Counted from the stretch's first letter, positions 1 to 10,344 are shown. The stretch is DNA of 64,000 nucleotides from a virus (IMGVR_UViG_3300035659_000001); one strand, 5' to 3'. The notes: a model not told the origin generated them from the letters alone. Made by a program: numbers and translations.

Positions 1-2
1 AT

Positions 3-599
3 TCAGATTTGAATGATTCAATTACTTTGCAAGAGCAACTTGGGTTTTTAGTATATGTTGTGTTTGATATTATGGCTATAGATAATATTTGGATAACTGA
101 TCATTCATTATCTGTTAGAAAGTTAAAACTAGGAAAGATTATTTATCCTACTTGTAGTATTGAATTAATTAAAATTATTGATGATAAAGCAGAATATTGG
201 CAAAAAATAAAAAAATCAAACTGTGAAGAAAAAGGTATTGTTTTTAAGTTTATTGAATCTAGATATGAGAGTAAAAAATCAAAATGGTGGAGAAAATTAA
301 AAGATTCAGAAACTTATGATGGTGTGATAATGTCATTTAAGCTTAATAATAGATATCCAGAAGATTTTGTGTCATCAATAAAAGTTGGTCAATATAGACG
401 AAATAGATTAGTAGAAGTAGCAAATGTTAGTAGTTTGACAAAAGAGCAAGCATCAGATTTTAGATCAAACATTGAGTATTATACAGGTAAAGTCATTCAA
501 TTTAAATCAGAGTCAAAAACATCAAATAGTTACAAAAATCCGAGATATGATTGTCTTAGATTAGATAAATTACCTCAATCATGTTTATGGGAGGGTTAA
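3..599 (+). CDS. ATP-dependent DNA ligase, C-terminal part (5'-truncated by window edge)
   Basis: Frame open to window start; 'FDIMAIDN', 'EKGIVFK...YESKK...WRKLK' (motifs IIIa/IV/V) then OB-fold 'VANVSSLT...NPRYDCLRLDK'. Confidence 0.85.
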   Translation, partial: SDLNDSITLQEQLGFLVYVVFDIMAIDNIWITDHSLSVRKLKLGKIIYPTCSIELIKIIDDKAEYWQKIKKSNCEEKGIVFKFIESRYESKKSKWWRKLKDSETYDGVIMSFKLNNRYPEDFVSSIKVGQYRRNRLVEVANVSSLTKEQASDFRSNIEYYTGKVIQFKSESKTSNSYKNPRYDCLRLDKLPQSCLWEG

Positions 600-755
600 A
601 TGTTTAATAAGACAGGTTCGCCTCAACCATTAAACGTTGTTAATAGATGTTGTATTTGTGACAGGCCTGCGTCTGTGTCAAAAGATGGTAAATTATATTG
701 TTTAGAGTGTTCACCTGCAATTGAGTTAAAGGGTGAAGATGATATGATAGTATGA
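600..755 (+). CDS. Small zinc-finger protein, 51 aa (not in ORF track)
   Basis: MFNKTG...CCICDRPA...YCLEC...; starts right after the ligase stop and ends in an ATGA overlap with the next gene. Confidence 0.7.
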   Translation: MFNKTGSPQPLNVVNRCCICDRPASVSKDGKLYCLECSPAIELKGEDDMIV

Positions 756-1693
756 ACCGAAGTTTTTTTAGAGAGTTGCCTAAAGATTTAGTAGATAATC
801 CAGATACTTCAGCTGATGTCATTTTTCATGCACTAAATGATATGACAATTGATCCCACTGCTGCTCGCACTAGAAATAATTATATAAAATCTACGTTTAA
901 ATTTATAGGTTTTAAAAAAGAAATCAATCTTGATAATGCAACTTTGTCAACTTTTTTTTGTGAAACTGAAAATATCACATCAAAGACTTCAAATTATGAA
1001 GAAGATGATGAGAAATTAACTGAAGTTAGGTTTATCATTCACAATTTATTGCCTGACTTTGAACGTGACATAATGTCATTGATATTTGATTATAATAAGA
1101 TTCAAGAAGATATAGGCGTGATTTTAGGACTATCACAAGAGATGGTTAATTATTATAAAAAAAGAGCGATACATAGGATTCATCATTTTTTCGATAACAG
1201 AAAGATAGACGTGAATGATATGAGAAGTTGTTTGTCTCATTATGTTTCTAAAAAACAATTAGAAGCAATGATGTTATATTTTTTGAAACATAATCAACGA
1301 ATAGTTTCAAAAGAATTAGGCATTTCACAATCTGCTGTTTCAGCTAGATTAAAACAGGGATTGAAGAAAATTAAAAGACGAATAAAGACTGATGATAGAG
1401 TTGCAAAGTATTATGAAGTTTTTTATAATTTGACAAAACAGAAATCATTATACAATTCACAAACTAGAATGAAAGTCATTACTAATGTTGATAATTATGC
1501 TCAATTTGATTGTGATAATCAACGAATTGAAGCACAAAAACTCGCTAAGACTATCATCAAGAAAAAAGTAAAATCTACAAAAATTAAACATTTCAAGATT
1601 GAGCACAAAAAGGTAAAGCAAGCGCCATCTAAGAAAATACGATTTGATAGAAGTAAGTTTACAAAGCTTAGACAGTTTTTTAAGAAAAAATAG
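752..1693 (+). CDS. Sigma-factor-like DNA-binding protein with two region-4-type HTH motifs
   Basis: 'ERDIMSLIF...QEDIGVILGLSQEMVNYYKKRA' and 'QRIVSKELGISQSAVSARLKQG'; Lys-rich tail. Confidence 0.65.
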   Translation: MNRSFFRELPKDLVDNPDTSADVIFHALNDMTIDPTAARTRNNYIKSTFKFIGFKKEINLDNATLSTFFCETENITSKTSNYEEDDEKLTEVRFIIHNLLPDFERDIMSLIFDYNKIQEDIGVILGLSQEMVNYYKKRAIHRIHHFFDNRKIDVNDMRSCLSHYVSKKQLEAMMLYFLKHNQRIVSKELGISQSAVSARLKQGLKKIKRRIKTDDRVAKYYEVFYNLTKQKSLYNSQTRMKVITNVDNYAQFDCDNQRIEAQKLAKTIIKKKVKSTKIKHFKIEHKKVKQAPSKKIRFDRSKFTKLRQFFKKK

Positions 1694-1770
1694 ATAATTA
1701 ATATTGACAAATTAACTCTAGATATGAAATATAGTTTGAAACAAATTTGTTTTATCTTTATTAGGTGTTT

Positions 1771-2256
1771 ATGACACATAGTGAATGTCGTAAAATTTAT
1801 TGGAAAGCACTTAAAGATAAAAAAATTATTAGATCAACTGTCTGCTCTAAATGTAATAAAATTGGAGGAGTTTAAGGAACTAGAAAAATTCAAGGTCATC
1901 ATATAGATTATGAAAAATCTTTAGAAGTTATTTGGCTTTGCGTTGGTTGTCATTCAGATGAGCATAGTAAAGACGGAGCATACGCTAGATTTACTACAAG
2001 CAGAAAGCATCGTATAATTTCCGAAGAAACAAAAAGAAAAATTGGTTTAGCAAATAGCGTAGTATTTAAAGGATACAAAGTGTCTGAAAAAACTAAAATA
2101 AAAATCAGTAATACAGTTCTAAGTAAAATGTTATTAAAGTTTAGGGTTGTGACTGAAACTGTGAATTTATATACAATTAAACACGGTATTTTAAGTAAAG
2201 CTAAAAAAGACTTAATTAAAAGCTTAGAAACGCTTAAAACAGAAATACAATTTTAA
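1771..2256 (+). pseudogene. HNH homing endonuclease with NUMOD3-like motif, interrupted by an in-frame TAA at 1873-1875
   Basis: AGGTG RBS plus ATG 1771; CSKC...*...GHHIDYEKSLEVIWLCVGCHSDEH...SEETKRKIG; terminal TAA 2254-2256. Confidence 0.8.
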
Positions 2257-2333
2257 AGACACCTTAATAGAAACTTTATCATGTCATATAATATTATAGT
2301 AGACTTTCAAGTATTTGTTAATAGGAGGATTTT

Positions 2334-2795
2334 ATGTCTATACTGAATCTTAAAGAAAATAGTAACATTGTTGACAGTATCATAAACGCAATTGTTTCGG
2401 GATACAGAGACGATCTGTTACTGGAGGAATTGGCCGATGCTGTTGAGACTGAAAAAATTACTAAAGATGATTTTACGTCAGCTGTTGATGCTCTGAAATT
2501 GTATTCGGCAAGATTTTCAACGTCTATTCAAAAGATTGTTGATTCTATGGCACAATTTGAATTTAATGATAAACAGTCTATTATCAAAAATAGACCAATG
2601 AATCTTGCACAGCAAGTGTTACAAGATGTTGATGGTTTCAATAAAGCAACAAATGAATATTATGCTGATGAAAATCCGAAAGAAAAAGAAGCTGACTTTA
2701 AAAAGCCTCAACCTAAAGAAGTAAAAGTACCACCTACTAAAGTGCCCGTTATACCTCCTAAAGCACCTGCAAAAATACAGGAACAAAAAAAATAA
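2334..2795 (+). CDS. Hypothetical protein with Pro/Lys-rich tail
   Basis: AGGAGG RBS; first gene of a tight operon. Confidence 0.75.
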   Translation: MSILNLKENSNIVDSIINAIVSGYRDDLLLEELADAVETEKITKDDFTSAVDALKLYSARFSTSIQKIVDSMAQFEFNDKQSIIKNRPMNLAQQVLQDVDGFNKATNEYYADENPKEKEADFKKPQPKEVKVPPTKVPVIPPKAPAKIQEQKK

Positions 2796-2796
2796 T

Positions 2797-3063
2797 ATGA
2801 ACACCATTGACAGAATAGCAGAAGATCATTTTGATTTGATCAAAGATGAAATGCCAGTAGATGATTCTCAGAATTATTTTTCTGAAATGATGATAGATAC
2901 GTCTGATGAAAAAGAAGAACCATTTGATAAACAAGCATATTCATTATTAAAAATTGCATTACAGTCTGATATTGATTATCATCAAAATGATAAAACAAAA
3001 GATTTTTGGAATATCAATGGTAGTAAGATATTACGAACAGTATCGAGTATAGTGAAAGGATAA
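2797..3063 (+). CDS. Hypothetical protein
   Basis: Tight operon spacing. Confidence 0.7.
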   Translation: MNTIDRIAEDHFDLIKDEMPVDDSQNYFSEMMIDTSDEKEEPFDKQAYSLLKIALQSDIDYHQNDKTKDFWNINGSKILRTVSSIVKG

Positions 3064-3066
3064 TTT

Positions 3067-3366
3067 ATGTTAAGAGAAGGTAATTCAGATTTTTTAGATA
3101 AACTCGTTACAAGTAAACTAAAAGACGAGTTGAATACTATAATTAAAACTGCCAGTTCAAGTGAAACTCATCCAATAATAAAATCTACTAAAGATAAAAT
3201 GACTTTGCATGAAGCAAGAGTCGCACGTAGAGCAGGTGCGTTTGTTAAAGTTGCCGGTAGAATTAATTTATATCAAAATACAGCAACAAATGATTTTTGG
3301 AAAATATCTGATGATAAAAAACATGTTGAACGATTATTTGATGAAAATAATGGTGTTTTAGCATAA
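3067..3366 (+). CDS. Hypothetical protein
   Basis: Tight operon spacing, AAGGA RBS. Confidence 0.7.
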   Translation: MLREGNSDFLDKLVTSKLKDELNTIIKTASSSETHPIIKSTKDKMTLHEARVARRAGAFVKVAGRINLYQNTATNDFWKISDDKKHVERLFDENNGVLA

Positions 3367-3376
3367 AGGACAAACA

Positions 3377-5263
3377 ATGAAAAAGAAATCTATTTTTGAT
3401 GACCAACATCAGCCAATGTCTGATTGGTTAGACAAATTAGCAAATGATGAATCAGCTAATGTAACCGATTTTAAAGATGAAGATATACCTGAAAAGAGTC
3501 GTGTAAAATATGCAGGTATTTCATCTACTTGGAGTAAAAGACAATTTGTTGAACCGCCAAAACTTAATGATTCAACAAGAGTAATCGAAAATAGACCAAG
3601 AAAATCGTCTATTGAGCAGATTGAAAAAGAAGCTAGAAGACTGTTGCAAATCGGCGTAAGTCTAGAAAAAATAGCATCTATTTTAAAAAGACGAGTTGCT
3701 AAAGAAGACTTAAAAACTTTTAATATGACCACGCTTGAATCAGAGTTTGGTAAATTAGGCCATATCTATTTAGATGCATCATTAGTGGATGATTGTAATG
3801 ATCTGTCATTGATCTCAAAGAATGCTACAGTTGCTTTTAAATCATTACTTCAAAACGTTAAAAAAATAGCAAAATGTGAAACATGTTTATGTAATAAAAA
3901 AGGTCATTGCTCTAAATTAGACCTAAATATTACTGATGATTTAACAATTAAGACTGCAGAACAAGCAAAGAATATTCTTAATAAATTTGCTTCAATGAAA
4001 TATGTAAATTCGTATTTTGTAAAAGCAACTGATCTTACAAAATATTATAATAAACTTGCAAATGAAAATCCCGATAAAGTTGTATCAGAATTTCTTAGCG
4101 ACATAAGCAGCAGAAGAGCATCGCAAAAAGAAAGCTTACGTCTTGATGCAAAAAATATAAATAGTACATTTGAAAATAATGTTCATCATATCAAATATGG
4201 TAAAAATGATAATGAAATTTCAATTGCATTTAAACAAGCACTATTACAAAATCCATCAATTCGTGCTGCAAAATCTGAACTTTCTAAAAAATACGGTCAT
4301 GAAAGAGTTACTACATATTTTAATGAAGCTAGAACAGACATCAAAAAATATGCAAAATTCATTACTATAAAATTTAATGAAACAGTTAATAGAGTTGGCA
4401 GTATTGAATCAAAACTATCAATGGAATTAACTGAAAAACCTGCAAATTTTATTATGCCTACAAAACAGGCTACGATTAATAGTGCTACAAAAGCAGCTTA
4501 TTCTTTATATACAGTTCATCAACCAATTGAATTTATTAAAAAGTCATTAGCTAGTGTATATGGAAAAGCTATTACAGATCAAGTAATTGAAAAATTAGCT
4601 AGCGATAAAGAAGCTCAAATGCTTGGTCTAACTTATATTGATTCTAATTTGTATGCAACACCGTCTGAACTTAAAGAAGCTGTTAGTATGTTAAATCGTA
4701 GAGCATGCAATATGATTTTTCAAATTAAAGAAGGACCTTTATGCAAATCTGCATCTGATATATGTCAGATAACGGGTTTAAATATTGTAAAAAATGCAGC
4801 TGCTGATACAAAACAGCAGGCATTGAAAGTTGTATCTCAGGCACGTAAAGTTGGATTTGATGTTAATTCATTGATGTCAAAGTTGCGTGATAAAGATAAT
4901 ACGTTAACAATAAAATCATTTTTGAATGCTTCAATTAGTAATCGTATGGGTGTTAATAAGACTACTAAGAGAATGAGTTCTGAAGCTGTTAGTGAAATTG
5001 TTGAAATTGCAACAAAACATTCAAATGGTAAAATTGATTTTAAGAAAGTCGCAGCAGTTCACTGGTCAAATCCGTCTTCATTAGTTAATGTATTGAAAAA
5101 GAATATAATTAATAAGACAGCATTTGTTAATGAGGTCAATCCTGTCATTAATAAAAATACAGATGGTATTAGCAACTTTTTAAATTCGCCAAACTTTTTT
5201 AATACTGATATTTATCAGCCGCATCAAGAAGACACTGACATTGCATTTGGTAAAACCATATAA
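3377..5263 (+). CDS. Large hypothetical protein with an internally duplicated Cys-containing domain (possibly virion-associated)
   Basis: 628 aa; 'LGHIYLDASL...C..C.C....C..LDLNI' and 'LGLTYIDSNL...C.....CQITGLNI'. Confidence 0.75.
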   Translation: MKKKSIFDDQHQPMSDWLDKLANDESANVTDFKDEDIPEKSRVKYAGISSTWSKRQFVEPPKLNDSTRVIENRPRKSSIEQIEKEARRLLQIGVSLEKIASILKRRVAKEDLKTFNMTTLESEFGKLGHIYLDASLVDDCNDLSLISKNATVAFKSLLQNVKKIAKCETCLCNKKGHCSKLDLNITDDLTIKTAEQAKNILNKFASMKYVNSYFVKATDLTKYYNKLANENPDKVVSEFLSDISSRRASQKESLRLDAKNINSTFENNVHHIKYGKNDNEISIAFKQALLQNPSIRAAKSELSKKYGHERVTTYFNEARTDIKKYAKFITIKFNETVNRVGSIESKLSMELTEKPANFIMPTKQATINSATKAAYSLYTVHQPIEFIKKSLASVYGKAITDQVIEKLASDKEAQMLGLTYIDSNLYATPSELKEAVSMLNRRACNMIFQIKEGPLCKSASDICQITGLNIVKNAAADTKQQALKVVSQARKVGFDVNSLMSKLRDKDNTLTIKSFLNASISNRMGVNKTTKRMSSEAVSEIVEIATKHSNGKIDFKKVAAVHWSNPSSLVNVLKKNIINKTAFVNEVNPVINKNTDGISNFLNSPNFFNTDIYQPHQEDTDIAFGKTI

Positions 5264-5264
5264 T

Positions 5265-6092
5265 ATGAAAACTGCTAATTTTTTAAATCAGAGAAAACGA
5301 TTATTATATAATGATGGTAATTTTATCATGCTTGGTGATCATGTAGAGTATGAAGGTAAAGTTGGTAGAATTATTGGTACCGATCGTCAGTCAGTGAACA
5401 TAAAATTTGATGATGGAACTGAAAAAGATTTTGTTCAAATTGAAAATATAAAAAAAATAACGAAAGAAACAAACATGAAGCATTTAGCAGCTATTCAAAC
5501 CGAATTTTTAAAAAATGCTAGGCAATGGAACAATTTATCGTATGATGAACAAACGAACTATCTTATGCATCATCCAAATAGTAATAGACGTATAACTGCT
5601 AGACCCGGTGATGTAGTTAAAAAACATGAAAGTTTTAAAAATGAACCTTCTTTTGATCAGTGGATTGCTAATAAAAAATTTATTAATATGCAAACTAAAC
5701 AGCATGATGTATTTGAAAATCTTTCACAATCACAGAAAGAAGCAATAACTAAACAATTTCAATCTGATCTTTCTGATTGGAAAATAAGAGCTCAACAATA
5801 TAAAGACCAAAAAAAGTCTGAAAAATCAGAACATAAGAAAGAAAAAAAACAGTTTAAACATGAACATCCTGAATTAAAATGGACTGATAAATCGTTTTTA
5901 AGGTTAATTAAAAGAAATATAAGAAAACAAAAACATGACACGACATCAATAGATAAAGATCTTAATTCTGCAATTGATGTAATTCAAATTCCCGGCATAA
6001 GACAATGGATTGAAAACACTAAAGACATCAAAGATCCCAATGAACAAAGGAATTTTATAATAAAACAAATAAAAGACTATAAATTAAAATAA
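5265..6092 (+). CDS. Hypothetical protein: SH3/KOW-like N-terminus plus internal EFxKxA leader and HP modules
   Basis: 'LGDHVEYEGKVGRIIG...VNIKFDDG'; internal 'MKHLAAIQTEFLKNARQW...HHP' from 5475; start 5265 inferred. Confidence 0.7.
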   Translation: MKTANFLNQRKRLLYNDGNFIMLGDHVEYEGKVGRIIGTDRQSVNIKFDDGTEKDFVQIENIKKITKETNMKHLAAIQTEFLKNARQWNNLSYDEQTNYLMHHPNSNRRITARPGDVVKKHESFKNEPSFDQWIANKKFINMQTKQHDVFENLSQSQKEAITKQFQSDLSDWKIRAQQYKDQKKSEKSEHKKEKKQFKHEHPELKWTDKSFLRLIKRNIRKQKHDTTSIDKDLNSAIDVIQIPGIRQWIENTKDIKDPNEQRNFIIKQIKDYKLK

Positions 6093-6113
6093 CTTAAGAT
6101 TTAAGAAGATTCA

Positions 6114-6512
6114 ATGAAAAAAATCACTGCAATACCATCAAAAAAGATTTGTTTTAAAAATGTGCCTATTACTGGTTTATTCTTTTACAAACGCACTTTA
6201 TATAGAAAAATAAGTTTAAGAGATGCAGCATATTATTTAGAACAAACTGGCATTTTTTTTGATGCTAATAAATTAGTTAGATTTATTGCAAAACAACATG
6301 AAAATGTGGCTATCGAAATATATGAAAATAAAGTTAAAGATGAAATAGATCATAATTTTTGTATAAATGATACTGTTGAGATTCTTAAAAAAGTGACATT
6401 GGGCAAAATTGTATCAGTAAACAAGAATACATGTCTAGTTCAATACAAAAATAAAGATGCAATAAGTTTTGATGAATTTGCTTTCGATCAATTAAAAAAA
6501 ATAAGTAAATAA
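6114..6512 (+). CDS. Hypothetical protein with a C-terminal SH3/KOW-like segment
   Basis: 'INDTVEIL...GKIVSVNKNTCLVQY'. Confidence 0.6.
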   Translation: MKKITAIPSKKICFKNVPITGLFFYKRTLYRKISLRDAAYYLEQTGIFFDANKLVRFIAKQHENVAIEIYENKVKDEIDHNFCINDTVEILKKVTLGKIVSVNKNTCLVQYKNKDAISFDEFAFDQLKKISK

Positions 6513-6563
6513 ATTAATGCAGATGCATTATAATATAATTATTGATGAATTAAATACCTTAAT

Positions 6564-6860
6564 ATGAGGTTTATGATGAATATAACGAATGTACAAATCA
6601 TTTTCCCTAAAAAAACTGATCTAAAAGAAAAACTTAAATGTTTTGTAAACGTTATTTTTGATGATTCTTTTATTGTAAGAAATTTAAGAATAATTGAAGG
6701 ATCTAACGGCTTCTTTGTTGTAATGCCCAATTATAAGAAAAAAGATGGAAGTTTTCAAGACGTTGCTCATCCTCTAACAAATGTATTTCGTCAAACAATA
6801 GACGATAAAGTTTTAGAAGCTTATGAAAATGCGTTAAATCGGTCTACAAATACTGTTTGA
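6564..6860 (+). CDS. spoVG: SpoVG family nucleic-acid-binding protein
   Basis: 'VNVIFDDSFIVRNLRIIEGSNGFFVVMPNYKKKDGSFQDVAHPL...VLEAY' matches the SpoVG signature. Confidence 0.92.
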   Translation: MRFMMNITNVQIIFPKKTDLKEKLKCFVNVIFDDSFIVRNLRIIEGSNGFFVVMPNYKKKDGSFQDVAHPLTNVFRQTIDDKVLEAYENALNRSTNTV

Positions 6861-6877
6861 GGAAAAGGTGGGATTTT

Positions 6878-7207
6878 ATGAAAGCAGCTTGTGTATCTTT
6901 TATTTGTCCTACATGTAGTTTAAACGTCGAAATATTTCTTAAAAGAAGTGCAAAATTAATTGCTCTTAGTTGTCCTACTTGCAAAAACATTATAGCTGTC
7001 TATAATGGAACAGTAATTGTAAATAATAATTTAAATGAAAAATTGAAAAAATTGAAATCTAAATCCGATGTTATTGATTTATTTTGTGATTTAAATAAAC
7101 TATTAAAGCAAGAACCAATAAAAAATGAGGATATAACAAATTTTAAAATAGATTTAAATTTATGCAATTCATTTGATGAAGTATTTAAATTAATATGCCA
7201 AGTATAG
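6878..7207 (+). CDS. Zinc-ribbon protein
   Basis: Two CPTC motifs; C-terminal 'IKNEDITNFKIDL'; ATG start 6878 inferred. Confidence 0.7.
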   Translation: MKAACVSFICPTCSLNVEIFLKRSAKLIALSCPTCKNIIAVYNGTVIVNNNLNEKLKKLKSKSDVIDLFCDLNKLLKQEPIKNEDITNFKIDLNLCNSFDEVFKLICQV

Positions 7208-7258
7208 TGTTCTTTCACAATAATCATGACAACTAATTAAAAAAGCTGCTAAAAGGCT

Positions 7259-7582
7259 ATGAGCGACTCAAGAAGATATCATAGAATAATTGAAAATCAA
7301 GTAGACATATTTGTTGACTTGTGTAAAAAGATCATTGATGCAAAAGGTCTTAAAGATAAAATATGGGTCATAAAAGATGAAGACATGTCAGTAGTCAGTG
7401 TAGGCGATCCTGATAAAATGAGTCATAATAAAGATTTTGGGTTCACGATGTACTATGAAATGATTGTCAATAGATTATCAGAAGCTGCTGAAGAATTTGA
7501 CTTTAAGTTAGAGCATTTCATAAAAGTAGCAAATTCAACTGATAGATTTAAACGATTTAAAAACAATGATTCAAAAGATTAA
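7259..7582 (+). CDS. Hypothetical protein
   Basis: ORF in operon. Confidence 0.7.
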   Translation: MSDSRRYHRIIENQVDIFVDLCKKIIDAKGLKDKIWVIKDEDMSVVSVGDPDKMSHNKDFGFTMYYEMIVNRLSEAAEEFDFKLEHFIKVANSTDRFKRFKNNDSKD

Positions 7583-8054
7583 TAAAAATTCGAATGTTGA
7601 CGAAATAGAAGAATATTTAGACTCATTAAGTATTACCGACCAGGATGTTGATTTTATTGAAGTTACTTTTAAAGACAAGCTTAATGAAGATAAATTTTTT
7701 AAAATCAAAAATATTTTGAATTTATTAGACATAACTGATCACGATCAACAACTAATTACAAAAGCTGCTAAAAAAGGCAGCTTTTGTAGTTTAATAACAT
7801 GCGGTTTATTAACTCGACTAGATATTGTTTATTATGTCAAAAATGATTTAGTAACTAATGAAGACATTGAAACTGTTTTTGATGAGATAATTAATCGAGA
7901 TTTAGCCGATATTGTATTACGATGGAAACCTCAATTATTTGAAACTACTCTCAGTAAATATTGCGAAAAATACAGTATATCAATCAACATGATAGATGAA
8001 TCAAAACAAAAATTATTAACTCTAGAAAAATTTAAATTTATAAATTCAATATGA
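7566..8054 (+). CDS. Hypothetical protein
   Basis: Overlapping operon ORF. Confidence 0.7.
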   Translation: MIQKINKNSNVDEIEEYLDSLSITDQDVDFIEVTFKDKLNEDKFFKIKNILNLLDITDHDQQLITKAAKKGSFCSLITCGLLTRLDIVYYVKNDLVTNEDIETVFDEIINRDLADIVLRWKPQLFETTLSKYCEKYSISINMIDESKQKLLTLEKFKFINSI

Positions 8055-8389
8055 ATACAGATTTTGATAATCCAGTTACGACGTTTGAAGGTCAAAATTT
8101 AATGCAACACTTTGAAGAAGCGTATAAAGCATTAACTCAAAATGTTGAAAGATCACAAGCATGTAGTAATTTAGGTAGTGCTAATTGCATTAGTACAGAG
8201 TGTGTGAGTTGTTCTGATTATTCTAAATCAAATGAATTGAATAAATTTAACTTTGCAATGCAGCAAGATAGCATTGGTATACTATCAACTGTAAACGATA
8301 TAAACGTGATTTTAAGCGAGTATTTGCCAAGTAATACGATTGTTGTTAGTAAAGACATTTTTGAACAAATCAGAAAGAGTACACTATGA
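8051..8389 (+). CDS. Hypothetical Cys-containing protein
   Basis: ATGA overlaps at both ends. Confidence 0.7.
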   Translation: MNTDFDNPVTTFEGQNLMQHFEEAYKALTQNVERSQACSNLGSANCISTECVSCSDYSKSNELNKFNFAMQQDSIGILSTVNDINVILSEYLPSNTIVVSKDIFEQIRKSTL

Positions 8390-9294
8390 AAAAAATATTG
8401 GTTCTTGACGGTGGCGGAGCAATGGGCGTTATTCAGTGCGCTTTTTTAACTGAATTAGAAAAACGTATAGGACGAAGATTAAGTGAAGAATTTGATCTTA
8501 TTATAGGTACGTCTGTAGGTTCAATAATTGGAGGAGCTATTGCTACAAATTATTATGCAATGGACTTTCTTACAAAAATAATAATTAGCAATTTACCATT
8601 AGTATTTAAGAAAAATCCGTGGTATAAGAAATATAAGTATGATAGAAATAACGTTAAACAACTTTTTGATGTTAATTTTCCAAATGCTTACATGAAAAAA
8701 CTACAAACAAAGTTTATTTGCACATCAGTAAATGCAGTAGACAGTAGAACTCATTTTTTCAAATCATGGGAAGAAAAAGATGGTGAGCTATTGCTATATA
8801 AAGCAATTGAAAGAAGTTTTGCAGCTCCTTATTATTTTGGCCCAATTGTTGACGAAGAAAATCAAGCTGTATGGCTAGATGGCGGCACTGGTATTGATAA
8901 TTCACCAACATTAGAATCATTGATTGAATGTATTAGACAATTATGGTTTCAAAAAGAAAAAGTTTTTGTGTTGTCAGTTGGTACTGGATCACCTGATTTG
9001 TCACAATCATTTTCTGATGCAAAGAAACTTGTAAGTTTAATAAGACAATTGTTATATTTTATGGATCCAGATGATGGTGGATTAGCAAGAAAACAAGCAA
9101 CACAGACAAAGTGCTATACATTGTCTTGTTTGAGTGACAATTTGGATAATTTTAAGTTTTATCGCGTAGATAAGATTGTTGATAAAAAATTGAATACAAT
9201 GGACGGAATTCAGCATATAAGAGAATATATAGATATTGGTAATGAATTAGCTGCTATACATGTTGATAAAATAATGCAGTTAATAAAAGAATAA
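8386..9294 (+). CDS. Patatin-like phospholipase
   Basis: 'LVLDGGGAMG', nucleophile 'GTSVG', 'SFAAPYYF', 'WLDGG'. Confidence 0.92.
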   Translation: MKKILVLDGGGAMGVIQCAFLTELEKRIGRRLSEEFDLIIGTSVGSIIGGAIATNYYAMDFLTKIIISNLPLVFKKNPWYKKYKYDRNNVKQLFDVNFPNAYMKKLQTKFICTSVNAVDSRTHFFKSWEEKDGELLLYKAIERSFAAPYYFGPIVDEENQAVWLDGGTGIDNSPTLESLIECIRQLWFQKEKVFVLSVGTGSPDLSQSFSDAKKLVSLIRQLLYFMDPDDGGLARKQATQTKCYTLSCLSDNLDNFKFYRVDKIVDKKLNTMDGIQHIREYIDIGNELAAIHVDKIMQLIKE

Positions 9295-9316
9295 TATCAT
9301 TGAAAGTAAAGAATAA

Positions 9317-10318
9317 ATGAATCTTTTAAGAGATGATGATCTTGAACATCATGAACAAATTGACAATCTTGATGTTGGTCGAGTACGAGATGCAGATACA
9401 CAAGATGCAGTTATAATTGATGAGCCAAAGAATGAGCCTAGATTTAAGCAAGATGAAGAAAAGCTTGATTCTGAATTAATACGAGAATTTTTAAAGCCCA
9501 ATAGTACTTGTGTTCTTTGTACAACACCTTTATGGGCTTTTAGAATTAATAAAGCATATTTAGACGGTTTGACTTACCCTCAGATGATTGAACAATTTTC
9601 AATTAAGTTTGAAGAACGTGTTAACAGAGCATTAAGCGTATCATTATTGCATAGACACTTTCGATCACACTTTGACGCTAGAGGCGCAGCAATAGCTCAA
9701 TATAATGGCCGTAAAATAAATAAAAATACTATTGCTCCAAATGCAGGTCAACGTGATATTTTCAAATTGACGTCAAAGAAGTATATTGATGAGTTAGAAA
9801 TGTATGATACTACTGCTAAAGAATTAATTAATAAGTATAGAGAGATAGAAGATATAATTGAAGATAAAAGAGAGAATGGTAAGAAATTTGGTATAGATGA
9901 TTTGATACTTAAACAAGCTCAAATGTTAGCACTTCTTAATAAACAAGCAATTTCAAAATTTAAAGCATTATCTAGAGTTGATTTAGAAAGTAAGCAAGGT
10001 CAATTGTTATCTCAATTGAGCTTTATAGGCAATAAAGCGCTTGTAGGAATTTCACAAATTGATCAAAAAATGTTGTTAAGTCCCAAAGAAATGGAAGAAG
10101 TTTATTTAAGTGTAGTCATAAAACAGATTCTTGCTAGAATGGACGATCCTTTAAAAATATTAGTTAAAGATATTTCAAAAGATCAGAAACAATTGTTTTA
10201 TAGAGAATTGAAAAAGTCAATTGATGGTATGCAAGAGGGCATTAATGTAGACTTTGAAAAACAAATAAAAACGTTATCACAAAAATCTATTGTTGATAAG
10301 CGTGATTCAGAAGAATAA
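9317..10318 (+). CDS. Zn-binding HTH plus coiled-coil protein, possibly terminase small-subunit-like
   Basis: 'CVLC...INKAYLDGLTYPQMIEQF...LLHRHFRSH' followed by helical region; family assignment is inference. Confidence 0.45.
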   Translation: MNLLRDDDLEHHEQIDNLDVGRVRDADTQDAVIIDEPKNEPRFKQDEEKLDSELIREFLKPNSTCVLCTTPLWAFRINKAYLDGLTYPQMIEQFSIKFEERVNRALSVSLLHRHFRSHFDARGAAIAQYNGRKINKNTIAPNAGQRDIFKLTSKKYIDELEMYDTTAKELINKYREIEDIIEDKRENGKKFGIDDLILKQAQMLALLNKQAISKFKALSRVDLESKQGQLLSQLSFIGNKALVGISQIDQKMLLSPKEMEEVYLSVVIKQILARMDDPLKILVKDISKDQKQLFYRELKKSIDGMQEGINVDFEKQIKTLSQKSIVDKRDSEE

Positions 10319-10344
10319 ACAATTTTCAAAAAGGAGTGTTTTAT

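Noticed and set aside
9317-10318. Firm call as terminase small subunit
   Set aside because: Only a generic zinc/HTH pattern, and no large terminase or portal is adjacent; kept as low confidence
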